64,000 nt of DNA from Vicinamibacterales bacterium (GCA_036004865.1 DASYQZ010000097.1:4606-68605); one strand, 5' to 3'; positions 52,854 to 62,133 are shown, numbered from the stretch's first letter. Numbers and translations are program-made. The notes: a model not told the origin generated them from the sequence alone.

Positions 52854-53912
52854 TCAGCCTTCGCCGTTCGCGGACTCCATCAATCGTTGCACCACGCCAT
52901 CCCAGGTGATCGACCGGGCGCGATCGTACCCCGCGTCGCCGAGGCTTCGAGCGCGCGCGCGGTCGGCCGCGAGTCGCGAGATGCCGGCTCCAAACGATTC
53001 GGGCGTCGGCTCGGCAACCAGGCCGTTCACGCCGTCTTCGACGAACTCCAGCGGACCGCCGGCGTCGCCGGTGGTGACGACCGGTTTGCGCGCGAGAAAC
53101 GCCTCGAGCGTCACATAGCCGTAGTCCTCGTCGAACGGCGGAAAGACGACCCCGAGCGCGCCGGCGTACAACCGTACCAGGTGCTCGGCGTCGACGCGGC
53201 CGGCGAACGTGACGCGATCGGCGACGCCTGCGGTCACCGCCGTTTCGGCGAGCTGTTCACGCAGCGGACCCTCGCCGACGACGAGGAGCCGGACGGCGCG
53301 ATCGGCATGCGCGAGCGCGCGAATGATCAGATCGACGCGTTTGTTCGCTTCGAGCCGGCCGACCGACAACACGTAGTCGCCGTACGGACCGGCGCGCAGC
53401 GCGCCGGCAAGCGGCGGCGGGTGATAGAGCGGTTCGGCCGTGATGCCGTTGTAGCGTTCGAGCCGCGCCGCGATGGTGCGCGCGATGGTGAAGAGCCGCG
53501 CCGACTCCGTCAGCATCTCCCGATCGAGCGCGATGAGCGTATCGCGGAGCCGCACGTCCGCTTCCTCGTGCGTGAACTCGCTGTACGGCGTGCCGCACAA
53601 ATCGTAAATCGGGCGGTGCTGGTGGCAGAGCCAGGTCACTTTGTTTGGATGGCGCACGAAGTACGTCGGGAATTTCGTCGCGATGACGGTGTCGATGCGC
53701 GTGCCGTTGGTCTCGGAGAGATCGACGAGCCGCCAGGCCGCCGCCTGCGCGAGCAGCTCCGCTTTCGGATACCACTTGAACGGAATCGACACGCGCTCGG
53801 CGCGGTACCCGTGGCGCCGGAGCTCGTCGACGAGGCTGCGCACGAGCAGTTCGGCGCCGCCGTGCACGAACGGCACCTGAGCCTCGCACACGAGAACGCT
53901 ACGACTCGGCAT
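52854..53912 (-). CDS. family 4 (GT-B) glycosyltransferase
   Basis: ..VGRLE.NKR.DL...A......L.VVGEGP.. and ..EDYGYV.LEAF...KPVV....GGP.EFV.DG.NG. Confidence 0.85.
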   Translation of the reverse strand: MPSRSVLVCEAQVPFVHGGAELLVRSLVDELRRHGYRAERVSIPFKWYPKAELLAQAAAWRLVDLSETNGTRIDTVIATKFPTYFVRHPNKVTWLCHQHRPIYDLCGTPYSEFTHEEADVRLRDTLIALDREMLTESARLFTIARTIAARLERYNGITAEPLYHPPPLAGALRAGPYGDYVLSVGRLEANKRVDLIIRALAHADRAVRLLVVGEGPLREQLAETAVTAGVADRVTFAGRVDAEHLVRLYAGALGVVFPPFDEDYGYVTLEAFLARKPVVTTGDAGGPLEFVEDGVNGLVAEPTPESFGAGISRLAADRARARSLGDAGYDRARSITWDGVVQRLMESANGEG

Positions 53913-54056
53913 CTGGTAATCGGGTAATCGGGTAATCGGGTAATCGGATTGTGCGATTGCACCACATCGTCGTTGTCGAGGCCATCACGGATTCATCGCG
54001 GCCCAATCCAGCAATCAATTACCCGATTACCAGATTACCCAATTACCAGATTCACC
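53913..54056. repeat. palindromic tandem-octamer array: (GGGTAATC)4, a roughly 70-nt spacer, then (GATTACCM)4
   Basis: The left arm (53913-53949) and right arm (54017-54056) are reverse complements at 31 of 34 aligned positions. The inner edge of the left arm is GGATTGTGCG, identical to 6552-6561. Confidence 0.9.
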
Positions 54057-54059
54057 TGC

Positions 54060-55169
54060 TCACGTGGCGAAACGGAAATTGATGATGTCGCCGTCCAGCA
54101 CGACGTAGTCCTTGCCCTCGAGCCGGACCTCGCCGTGATCGCGGCACGCGGCCATCGTGCCGCGCGCGATCAGGTGGTCGTAGCTGACGACTTCGGCGCG
54201 GATGAAGCCCCGCTGGATGTCGCTGTGAATCTCGCCTGCCGCGAGTTGCGCGGCCGTTCCGCGCGGAATCGACCACGCGCGGCATTCGTCTTCGCCGACG
54301 GTGAAGAACGAAATGTAGCCGAGCAGATCGTAGCTCGCGCGGATGACGCGATCGAGACCCGACTCGGCGAGGCCGAGATCCGTGAGAAACGCCGCGGCGT
54401 CGGCCGGGTCCAGTTGCGCGATCTCGAGCTCGATTTTCGCGCACACGGCGGCCGCCGCGGTCCCGGCGCGAGTGAGGAACGGCGTCAGGCCCGCCGCGTC
54501 CGCCGCGCGATCGATGCGCGTCGCCGCTTCGCCGCCGGCGGACAGATCGGCTTCGTCGAGATTGATCACGATCAACAGCGGCTTGGCGGAGAGGAACTGG
54601 AATCCGCGCAGCCGCTTCAAGTCTTCACCTTTCAGATCGAGCGAGCGCAGCGGTCGTCCTTCTTCGAGCGCCGCCTTGCACGTCATCAGCACGTCGCGCT
54701 CGCGCTCCAGATCCGCCGACCGGTTTTTCTTGAGATCTTTTTCGAGGCGTTCGAGGCGCCGCTCGGCGACGCCGAGGTCCGCGAGGATCAGCTCGTCCTC
54801 CATGGCCTGCGCATCACGCGCGGGGTCGATGGATCCCGATGGATGCGCGACCGCGGGATCGCGGAACGCGCGCAGCACGTGGACCAGAGCGTCCGCATTC
54901 TTGTAGGCGACGACGTCGACCAGCGCTTTGGCGCCGCCGCCGGCTCCCGTCGCCGCGAGATCGGTGAACTCGACCGTCGCCGGCACGCGCTTCCGCGGGT
55001 TGTACATCGCCGTCAGCCGGTCGAGCCGCGCGTCGGGCACCTTCGAGATGCCGACCGACGTCTCTCCCTTGCCGTGCGCGGCGCGCGCCGTCTCCCGCGC
55101 ACTGGTCATGAGCTGAAAGAGGGTGGTTTTTCCGCTGGATGCGAATCCGATGAGAGCGGCCCGCAGCAT
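54060..55169 (-). CDS. ychF: redox-regulated ATPase YchF
   Basis: GFASSGKTTLF P-loop. ..VEFTDLAG/A.., ..VHVLRAF.., and C-terminal TGS-like ..GKDYVV.DGDIINFRF. Confidence 0.92.
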   Translation of the reverse strand: MLRAALIGFASSGKTTLFQLMTSARETARAAHGKGETSVGISKVPDARLDRLTAMYNPRKRVPATVEFTDLAATGAGGGAKALVDVVAYKNADALVHVLRAFRDPAVAHPSGSIDPARDAQAMEDELILADLGVAERRLERLEKDLKKNRSADLERERDVLMTCKAALEEGRPLRSLDLKGEDLKRLRGFQFLSAKPLLIVINLDEADLSAGGEAATRIDRAADAAGLTPFLTRAGTAAAAVCAKIELEIAQLDPADAAAFLTDLGLAESGLDRVIRASYDLLGYISFFTVGEDECRAWSIPRGTAAQLAAGEIHSDIQRGFIRAEVVSYDHLIARGTMAACRDHGEVRLEGKDYVVLDGDIINFRFAT

Positions 55170-55309
55170 GAGTCGAGCCCCGGATGGTACCACCGACCCT
55201 GACAACCGCAATTGTCAGAGGGTCTGACCAGTCAGACTCGTGACAATTCGCGAGGGCGAGGAAACGGCCGAAAATTAGGCGCAACTTACTGACGGGGTGG
55301 ATTTTGCGG

Positions 55310-55338
55310 TTGACATCCCGTCGAGCCTCTCCTACCAT
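55310..55338 (+). promoter_or_regulatory. putative mraZ (dcw) promoter
   Basis: TTGACA at 55310-55315, a 17-nt spacer, then TACCAT at 55333-55338. Confidence 0.55.
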
Positions 55339-55342
55339 TTCT

Positions 55343-55367
55343 GTGGGTTTTTGTGGCGAAAAGTGGA
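55343..55367 (+). promoter_or_regulatory. three GTGG[GCA] direct repeats with 10-bp periodicity (MraZ-box-like operator)
   Basis: GTGGG at 55343, GTGGC at 55353, GTGGA at 55363, immediately downstream of the -10 element. Confidence 0.6.
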
Positions 55368-55386
55368 GAGAAGGTCGGGGTGTCTC

Positions 55387-55827
55387 GTGTTTAGGGGCCA
55401 CGAGATCGCCCGGATTGATGATAAGGGGCGACTCAAGGTGCCGAACGTCTTCCGGTCCTTCCTCGAGTCCAAGTACGGCCGCGAGGTCTTCCTGACGAGC
55501 CTCATGGGGGAGAACGTTCGCCTCTATCCGATGCCGGTCTGGTTGGACCTCGAAGAGAAGCTCGGAAAAATGCCGTCGACGCATCCCTCGCGCCTGCGAT
55601 TCCTCGATCGTGTGAATTACTACGGTCAGCCCGCCGAGCTCGACACGCAGGGACGCGTGCTGATTCCGGTTCGCCTCCGCGAGACCGCCACGATGAGCGG
55701 CGACGTCGACGTGCTCGGCCAATACAACTACCTCGAGTTCTGGAACCACGATCGCTTCCTGACCAAGCTCCAGCGCGATCCGTACACCGATGACGATGCG
55801 CGCGCCCTGTCGGAGTTCGGGATCTGA
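55387..55827 (+). CDS. mraZ: transcriptional regulator MraZ
   Basis: VFRGHEIARIDDKGRLKVP..F and a second SpoVT/AbrB-like half, DTQGRVLIP..LR. GTG start. Confidence 0.9.
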   Translation: MFRGHEIARIDDKGRLKVPNVFRSFLESKYGREVFLTSLMGENVRLYPMPVWLDLEEKLGKMPSTHPSRLRFLDRVNYYGQPAELDTQGRVLIPVRLRETATMSGDVDVLGQYNYLEFWNHDRFLTKLQRDPYTDDDARALSEFGI

Positions 55828-56744
55828 TGACGCACGTCCCGGTCATGACCGCCGAGGTGCTGCAGTTTCTTCGCCCCGAACGTGGCGGGCTTTTCGTCGA
55901 CTGCACGGTCGGCCTCGGCGGACACGCCCGCGCGCTCCTCGAGGCCGGCGCGACACGCCTCATCGGTCTCGATCGCGACGCGGACGCGCTGGCCATCGCA
56001 CGCGAGACGCTCGCGCCGTTTGGCGATCGCGTGCGGCTGGTGCACGCCGACTACCGCGCGATCGACGAAGTGCTCGATCGCGAGCACGTGGATCGGATCG
56101 ACGGCGCGCTCGCGGATCTCGGGGTCTCGTCGCTGCAGTTCGACACGCCAGGCCGCGGCTTCAGCTTTCAGCGCGACGAGCAGCTCGACATGCGGATGGA
56201 TCGCAGCGGCGGCGAATCGGCCGCGGATCTGGTCGCGCGATCGACCGAGCGCGAGCTCGCCGACGCGATATTTCAATACGGCGAGGAGCGTTTTTCCCGC
56301 CGGATCGCGCGCGCGATCGTCGAGGCGCGGACGAGCGCGCCCGTCCAGACTACCGGACAGCTCGCGTCGATTGTGCGCCGGGCAACACGTCATTCCCAGG
56401 CGCGCCACAGCCGGCCGGGCCGGCGGTCGATGCGCCTCGATCCGGCGACGCGGACGTTTCAGGCGCTGCGCATCTGGGTGAATGAGGAGCTCGAGGGGCT
56501 CGATCGTTTTCTCGAGGCCGCGGTTCGCCGCCTGCGCGCCGGCGCGCGGCTCGTCGTCATCACGTTTCACTCGCTCGAGGATCGGATCGTGAAGCACACG
56601 CTCCGCGCGCTCGAGCGCAGAGAAGACGCGGCGGTGAAGGTGCTGACGAAGAAACCGGTCGTGCCGACGGACGAGGAAGTGCAGCGAAACCCGCGAGCGA
56701 GAAGCGCGAAGCTTCGCGCCGCGGAGCGGATCGGACCGGAATAG
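55827..56744 (+). CDS. rsmH: 16S rRNA (cytosine1402-N4)-methyltransferase RsmH
   Basis: HVPVM..EV...L.P..GG.FVDCT.G.GGHA, DLGVSS.Q.D...RGFSF, FHSLEDR.VK. Confidence 0.93.
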   Translation: MTHVPVMTAEVLQFLRPERGGLFVDCTVGLGGHARALLEAGATRLIGLDRDADALAIARETLAPFGDRVRLVHADYRAIDEVLDREHVDRIDGALADLGVSSLQFDTPGRGFSFQRDEQLDMRMDRSGGESAADLVARSTERELADAIFQYGEERFSRRIARAIVEARTSAPVQTTGQLASIVRRATRHSQARHSRPGRRSMRLDPATRTFQALRIWVNEELEGLDRFLEAAVRRLRAGARLVVITFHSLEDRIVKHTLRALERREDAAVKVLTKKPVVPTDEEVQRNPRARSAKLRAAERIGPE

Positions 56745-56798
56745 AGGCCGGTCCCTACGAAGGGAGGGGACGGTCTTCAGACCGTCCCCGGAGGCGAC

Positions 56799-57194
56799 GT
56801 GGACGATATGGAACCATTCGAGTACGCCATCAAGAAGGACGTGCGCAACAACCCGATCGTCCGCGAGGTCGACGAGGAGCGGCAGCGCGAGCTGTGGAAA
56901 TCGGTCGGCGTGGCCGGCTTTCTCGTGCTCGTCCTGCTCTTCTCGGCCTGGCAGCACTTCGAACTGCTGCGTCACGGTTATCAGATCGAGGAGATGCAGC
57001 GCCAGCGGGCCGCCGAGGACGAGGCCGGCCGGCGGCTGCGCCTCGAGATCGAGACGCTGAAAGCGCCGAAGCGGATCGAGGCGCTCGCCACCGGGCAGCT
57101 GCATCTCGTCGCCCCCACGCGCGAGGACGCCATCATCCTCGAGCGTGTCGTGCCGGCCGAACCGCCGGCGAAATCGGTCGTCGCGCGCCGGTAA
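56799..57194 (+). CDS. ftsL: cell division protein FtsL-like
   Basis: Position between rsmH and ftsI. A single TM helix (VGVAGFLVLVLLFSAW) followed by a coiled coil. GGAGG lies 5 nt before GTG 56799. Confidence 0.65.
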   Translation: MDDMEPFEYAIKKDVRNNPIVREVDEERQRELWKSVGVAGFLVLVLLFSAWQHFELLRHGYQIEEMQRQRAAEDEAGRRLRLEIETLKAPKRIEALATGQLHLVAPTREDAIILERVVPAEPPAKSVVARR

Positions 57195-59201
57195 ATGACG
57201 GCCCCCGGGACGATCGACTGGCGCGCCATCGTCAAGCGCCGCACGCGCGAGGCAGCGGTCGTGCTCGCCTTGTGGACCTCGGGCATCGAAGCGCGCCTCG
57301 TCTATCTGCAGATCTTCCGGCAGGCCGATCTCGCCGCGCGCGCCGACAAGCAGCAGCGGCGGACGATCGAGCCGCCCGCCAAGCGCGGCGACATCGTCGA
57401 TCGCCGCGGCCGCGTGCTTGCGACGAGCGTCGACGCCGACACGATCATCGCGGTCCCGTCGGAAATCACCGACCCGGACGTCGTCGTCGCGAAGTTGTGC
57501 GCCGCGTTCGGCGACTGCTCCGCGAAGGAACGGCAGACGCTCGTCGAGCGGCTCGGGCGCGGTGGCGCATTCAGCTACGTGCGCCGGCAGATTTCGCCCG
57601 ACGAAAAACGCCGCGTCGAAGCGATGAATCTCGACGGCATCGGCTTCATCACGGAGAGCAAGCGCTTCTATCCGAACCGTGAGCTCGCCGCGCACCTGCT
57701 CGGATGGGTCGGCATCGACAACAAGGGACTGAGCGGTCTCGAGTACGCGTACGACCCGCAAATCCGCGGCAAGCCCGGCAAGCTGCTGGTGCAGACCGAC
57801 GCGCGCCGCCACGCGTACAGCCGCACCGAGTGGCCGGCCACTGCGGGATCGACCGTCGAGCTCACGATCGACGAATACCTGCAGCACGTCGCCGAGCGCG
57901 AACTGCACGCAGGCGTTGTCGCGAACCGCGCGGAAGGCGGCACCGCGATCATCGTGAATCCGCACACCGGCGAGATTCTCGCGATGGCGAACGAGCCGAC
58001 GTTCAATCCGAACGCCTATCGCGAGTTCGACGACAGCGCGCGCCGGAATCGCGCCGTCCAGGATCTCTACGAGCCTGGTTCGACGTTCAAGGTGGTGACC
58101 GCGTCGGCGGCGATCGAAGAGAACGTGATACCAATCGATACGATGATCAACACGAGTCCCGGCGTGCTCCGCATCGCGGGCCGGGCGAAGCCGATCACCG
58201 AAGCGAGCCACCACGACTACGGCGTGCTGTCGTTCACCGACGTCATCGTTCGGTCCAGCAACGTCGGCGCGGTCAAGATCGGCTTCCGAGTCGGCACCGA
58301 GCGCCTGAGCCGCTACGTCGCCCGCTTCGGATTCGGCCGTCCGGTCTCATCCGATTTCCCCGGCGAGAGCCCGGGGATCGTCTGGGATCCGGCGAAGTGG
58401 ACTGAGAGCGCGCTTGCGTCTGTGGCGATGGGCTATCAGGTCGCCGTGACTCCCCTTCAGATGGTGTCCGCGGTCAGCTCGGTCGCCAACGGCGGCGAGC
58501 TGGTCGAACCGCGCGTCATCAGGGCGGTGTATCGCGACAATCGTCGATACGCCGTGCGGCCGAAGATCGTCCGCCGGGCGATCAGCGCCGACACCGCCGC
58601 GACGTTGACGACGATCATGGAAGGCGTCGTGGCGAACAAGCGCGGCACCGCGACGCGCGCGCAGATCCCCGGCTACACGATCGCTGGAAAGACAGGCACG
58701 GCCGCCAAGCTGATCAACGGCCACTATTCAACATCGAATTACAACGCCTCGTTCGTCGGCTTCGTGCCGTCTCGCAATCCGGCCGTCGCGATCATCGTCG
58801 TGACCGACTCGCCGCACGTGTACCCGAACACCGGCGGATTTGTCTCGGCGCCAGTGTTCAAGAGGATCGCCGAGGCGACGCTGCAGTATCTGGGTGTCGC
58901 GCCCAACGTCGATCCCGCGCCGGCGGTGATGGTCGCGCGTCACGACGAGTCGGCCAGCAACCCCACCGCCGATTCCGGAACGATCGAACCCACCGTGAGC
59001 CTCGTGGCCGACGGACCGCCCGGCACCGTGCCCGATCTCCACGGCATGAGCGCACGTGAAGCGGTTCGCAAGCTGGTGAGACTCGGCATGCACGCACAGC
59101 CGTCCGGCGACGGCTTCGTCGTCTCGCAGGAGCCGCCGGCGGGCGCGCCGCTCGAACCCGGCACCGTGTGCCATCTCGTCCTCGACCGGAGACCGCGGTG
59201 A
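57195..59201 (+). CDS. ftsI: penicillin-binding protein (FtsI-type D,D-transpeptidase) with a C-terminal PASTA domain
   Basis: STFK (active-site Ser), SSN, KTGTA. C-terminal PASTA-like VPDLHGMSAREAVRKL. Confidence 0.9.
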   Translation: MTAPGTIDWRAIVKRRTREAAVVLALWTSGIEARLVYLQIFRQADLAARADKQQRRTIEPPAKRGDIVDRRGRVLATSVDADTIIAVPSEITDPDVVVAKLCAAFGDCSAKERQTLVERLGRGGAFSYVRRQISPDEKRRVEAMNLDGIGFITESKRFYPNRELAAHLLGWVGIDNKGLSGLEYAYDPQIRGKPGKLLVQTDARRHAYSRTEWPATAGSTVELTIDEYLQHVAERELHAGVVANRAEGGTAIIVNPHTGEILAMANEPTFNPNAYREFDDSARRNRAVQDLYEPGSTFKVVTASAAIEENVIPIDTMINTSPGVLRIAGRAKPITEASHHDYGVLSFTDVIVRSSNVGAVKIGFRVGTERLSRYVARFGFGRPVSSDFPGESPGIVWDPAKWTESALASVAMGYQVAVTPLQMVSAVSSVANGGELVEPRVIRAVYRDNRRYAVRPKIVRRAISADTAATLTTIMEGVVANKRGTATRAQIPGYTIAGKTGTAAKLINGHYSTSNYNASFVGFVPSRNPAVAIIVVTDSPHVYPNTGGFVSAPVFKRIAEATLQYLGVAPNVDPAPAVMVARHDESASNPTADSGTIEPTVSLVADGPPGTVPDLHGMSAREAVRKLVRLGMHAQPSGDGFVVSQEPPAGAPLEPGTVCHLVLDRRPR

Positions 59202-60724
59202 TGACATGGGCGGAGCTGCACCTCATGCTTCGCGACCGCGGCATCGTCCGCGCGGGCGATGCGGTGAGGGCAGAAGCCTCGGTCGGACCCGTCTCGGGGA
59301 TTGCCTACGACTCGCGAACGGTGAAGCCGGGCGACATCTTCGTGGCGCTCAAAGGTCAGCACGCGGACGGCACGGCGTTCGTGCGGCAGGCGATCGAACG
59401 GGGCGCCCTGGCGATCGTGTCCGAGGAGCCGGCGCCTCCGGACGTGCGCGTGCCGTGGGTGAGCGTGGGCGATGCGCGGCTCGCGCTCGCCGTGATCGCG
59501 GCGGCATTCCACCGGAATCCAAGCCGCGAGATGCAGGTGGTCGGCATCACCGGCACGAACGGCAAAACAACAATCGGATATCTGCTCGCCTCGATCTTCG
59601 AGAGCGCAGGCGTTCGCTGCGGCGTGCTCGGCACCGTCGTGTACCGCGTGGGACCCGGCGAGCGCGACGTGCGCGAAGCGGCGCGGACGACGCCCGAGGC
59701 GCCCGACGTGCAGGCGATGCTGCGCGAAATGGTCGATCGCGGCTGCGGCGCGTGCGCGATGGAAGTGTCGTCGCACGCGCTGACACTTCGCCGTGTGGAC
59801 GACATGACGTTCGCCGCCGCCGTGTTCACGAACCTCACGCGCGACCACCTGGACTTCCATCCGAACATGGAAGCCTACTTTCGAGCGAAGCGCCGGCTGT
59901 TCGAGATGCTGCCGCCCGATGCGCCCAGCGTGTTGAACGTCGACGATCCACGCGGGCCCGCGCTCGTCGAGGCAGGCGGCCGTCCGTTGACGTACGCGAT
60001 CAATCGGCCGGCCGACGTCACCTCGGGACCGTTGTCGTTCTCGCTCGAAGGACTGACGTTCGACGTGCGCACGCCGCGTGGAACGGTGCAGATCCGCTCG
60101 AAGCTCGTCGGCCGTCCGAACGTCTACAACATTCTCGCGGCCGCGGCGACGGCCACGGCGCTCGGCCTGCCGTTCGACGCGATCGAGCGCGGCATCGCAG
60201 CGCTCGACGGTGTGCCCGGACGGTTTCAGATGGTCTCCAGTGCGAAGGACGAAGTCACGGTCGTCGTCGACTACGCGCACACCGACGACGCGCTCCGGAA
60301 TCTGCTGGAGACGGCCCGTCCGCTCGCGCGAGGACGCCTCATCACCGTGTTCGGCTGCGGCGGCGATCGCGACCGCACGAAGAGGCCGTTGATGGGCGCC
60401 GTCGCCGGCCGGCTCAGCGATGTGATCGTGATGACGTCGGACAACCCGCGCAGCGAGGACCCCGGGCGGATCATCGACGAAATTCAGCGCGGGATCACGC
60501 CCGACACCCGCAAAGCGGGCGGGCAGCCCCCGCTGACCATCGTCGATCGGCGCGCGGCGATCGCGAAGGCGATCGAGGTCGCGAAGCCGGGCGATCTGGT
60601 GCTCGTCGCGGGCAAGGGACACGAGAAGTATCAGGTAATCGGCGACAAGACATTGCCGTTCGACGACGTCGCCGTCGCGCGCGACGCGCTGGCGCGCCGC
60701 CGGACGAATTCGGGCGTGGTGTGA
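59201..60724 (+). CDS. murE: UDP-N-acetylmuramoyl-L-alanyl-D-glutamate--2,6-diaminopimelate ligase
   Basis: GITGTNGKTT, the DNPR motif (TSDNPRSEDP), and ..VDYAHTDDAL... ATG 59201 overlaps the ftsI stop (TGATG). Confidence 0.92.
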   Translation: MTWAELHLMLRDRGIVRAGDAVRAEASVGPVSGIAYDSRTVKPGDIFVALKGQHADGTAFVRQAIERGALAIVSEEPAPPDVRVPWVSVGDARLALAVIAAAFHRNPSREMQVVGITGTNGKTTIGYLLASIFESAGVRCGVLGTVVYRVGPGERDVREAARTTPEAPDVQAMLREMVDRGCGACAMEVSSHALTLRRVDDMTFAAAVFTNLTRDHLDFHPNMEAYFRAKRRLFEMLPPDAPSVLNVDDPRGPALVEAGGRPLTYAINRPADVTSGPLSFSLEGLTFDVRTPRGTVQIRSKLVGRPNVYNILAAAATATALGLPFDAIERGIAALDGVPGRFQMVSSAKDEVTVVVDYAHTDDALRNLLETARPLARGRLITVFGCGGDRDRTKRPLMGAVAGRLSDVIVMTSDNPRSEDPGRIIDEIQRGITPDTRKAGGQPPLTIVDRRAAIAKAIEVAKPGDLVLVAGKGHEKYQVIGDKTLPFDDVAVARDALARRRTNSGVV

Positions 60725-62133
60725 GCGACATTCCGTTGACCGCAGCGTGGGTCGCTGCGGCGGTGGCAGGAAACATCGTCGGCGGCGACGCGTCGCGCGA
60801 ATTGGACGGTGTGTCAATCGACACACGGACGATTCGTGAGGGCGAATTGTTTATCGCCATTCGCGGCGAGCGCTTCGATGGCGCGGACTTCGCAGCCGCC
60901 GCGATTGAGGCCGGCGCCGCGGGCGTGATTGTGCCGCGCGGGACACAGGTGGCGGCGGATGACCCGGGGCGGCCGGTCGTGCCGGTGGTGATCGAAGTCG
61001 ACGACACGACCTCCGCGCTTCAGGCGCTCGCGCATGCCGTGCGGCGCGAAGCGGGCACCAAGGTCGTGGCCATCACGGGCAGCGCCGGGAAGACGACGAC
61101 GAAGGAAGTGACCAGTGAGTTTCTGGCGTCGCGGTACCGCGTGATCCGCAACCGCGGAAACCTGAACAACCACATCGGGCTGCCCCTGTCGCTCATCGAG
61201 CTGCGGCACCGGCCGGAGATCGCGGTGGTCGAGCTGGGCATGAACCACGCGGGGGAAATCAGCACGCTGGTACGGGTCGCCGAGCCGGACGTCCGTGTAT
61301 GGACCAACGTCGGCGAGGCGCATCTCGGCTTCTTCGCGTCGACGGACGCGATTGCCGACGCGAAGGCGGAAATTTTCGAGCGCGCCGCGCCATCGACCGT
61401 GCTGGTCGCCAACGCGGACGACGATTTGATCGTGGCGCGGCTGCCGCGCTACGTGGGCCGCCTCGTGACGTTCGGGATCGACCGCGAGGCGGACGTGCGT
61501 GCGACCACTGTCGTCGATCGCGGCATCGCCGGGACGAGCGCGCGCGTGACGACGCCGCGCGGCCGCATCGACATCGAGACGCCGCTCATCGGGCGCGGCA
61601 ATCTCGCGAACGTTCTGGCGGCGACGGCGACGGCGATCGAGTTCGACGTGCCGCTGGCCACGGTGGCGGAGCGGGCCGCGCGGCTGAAGCCCGCGTCGCA
61701 TCGCGGCGAGATCGTGCGCCTCGCGAGCGGCGCGACGGTGATTGACGACAGCTACAACGCGAACCCGACCGCCGTCACGGGCGCGCTCGAGGTGCTGTCC
61801 GGCGCGGAGGCGTCCCGGCGGATTGCCGTGCTTGGCGAGATGCTCGAGCTCGGCGATCGCGCCGCCGATCTGCACGCCGGCGTCGGCCGGGCGGCGGCAA
61901 GGAATCGCGTCGACCTGTTGTTCACCGTCGGAGGCGGCTCGGCGGCCGTGCTCGCCGACGCCGCAGTCGGCGCCGGCATGTCGCGCGATCGCGTGCGTCA
62001 CTTCGCGACGAGCGACCAGGCGGCCGACGCAGTCGCGGCCGTCGTCCGGAGTGGCGACGTCGTGCTCGTCAAAGGATCGCGCGGGGTGAAAACGGATCGC
62101 GTGGTGGATCGGCTGAAGGCGGAGCGCGCCTGA
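60721..62133 (+). CDS. murF: UDP-N-acetylmuramoyl-tripeptide--D-alanyl-D-alanine ligase
   Basis: ITGSAGKTTTKE, ..ELGMNH.GEI.., ..DDSYNANP... GTG 60721 forms a GTGA overlap with the murE stop. Confidence 0.9.
   Translation: MSDIPLTAAWVAAAVAGNIVGGDASRELDGVSIDTRTIREGELFIAIRGERFDGADFAAAAIEAGAAGVIVPRGTQVAADDPGRPVVPVVIEVDDTTSALQALAHAVRREAGTKVVAITGSAGKTTTKEVTSEFLASRYRVIRNRGNLNNHIGLPLSLIELRHRPEIAVVELGMNHAGEISTLVRVAEPDVRVWTNVGEAHLGFFASTDAIADAKAEIFERAAPSTVLVANADDDLIVARLPRYVGRLVTFGIDREADVRATTVVDRGIAGTSARVTTPRGRIDIETPLIGRGNLANVLAATATAIEFDVPLATVAERAARLKPASHRGEIVRLASGATVIDDSYNANPTAVTGALEVLSGAEASRRIAVLGEMLELGDRAADLHAGVGRAAARNRVDLLFTVGGGSAAVLADAAVGAGMSRDRVRHFATSDQAADAVAAVVRSGDVVLVKGSRGVKTDRVVDRLKAERA

Noticed and set aside
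55728-58214. 828-aa minus-strand ORF
   Set aside because: It is antisense to rsmH, ftsL and ftsI. Shadow ORF.
59206-60720. The 5' two-thirds of the 975-aa ORF 59206-62133
   Set aside because: This part is an out-of-frame read across murE (Arg/Gly/Ala-rich). Only the portion from GTG 60721 encodes MurF motifs.
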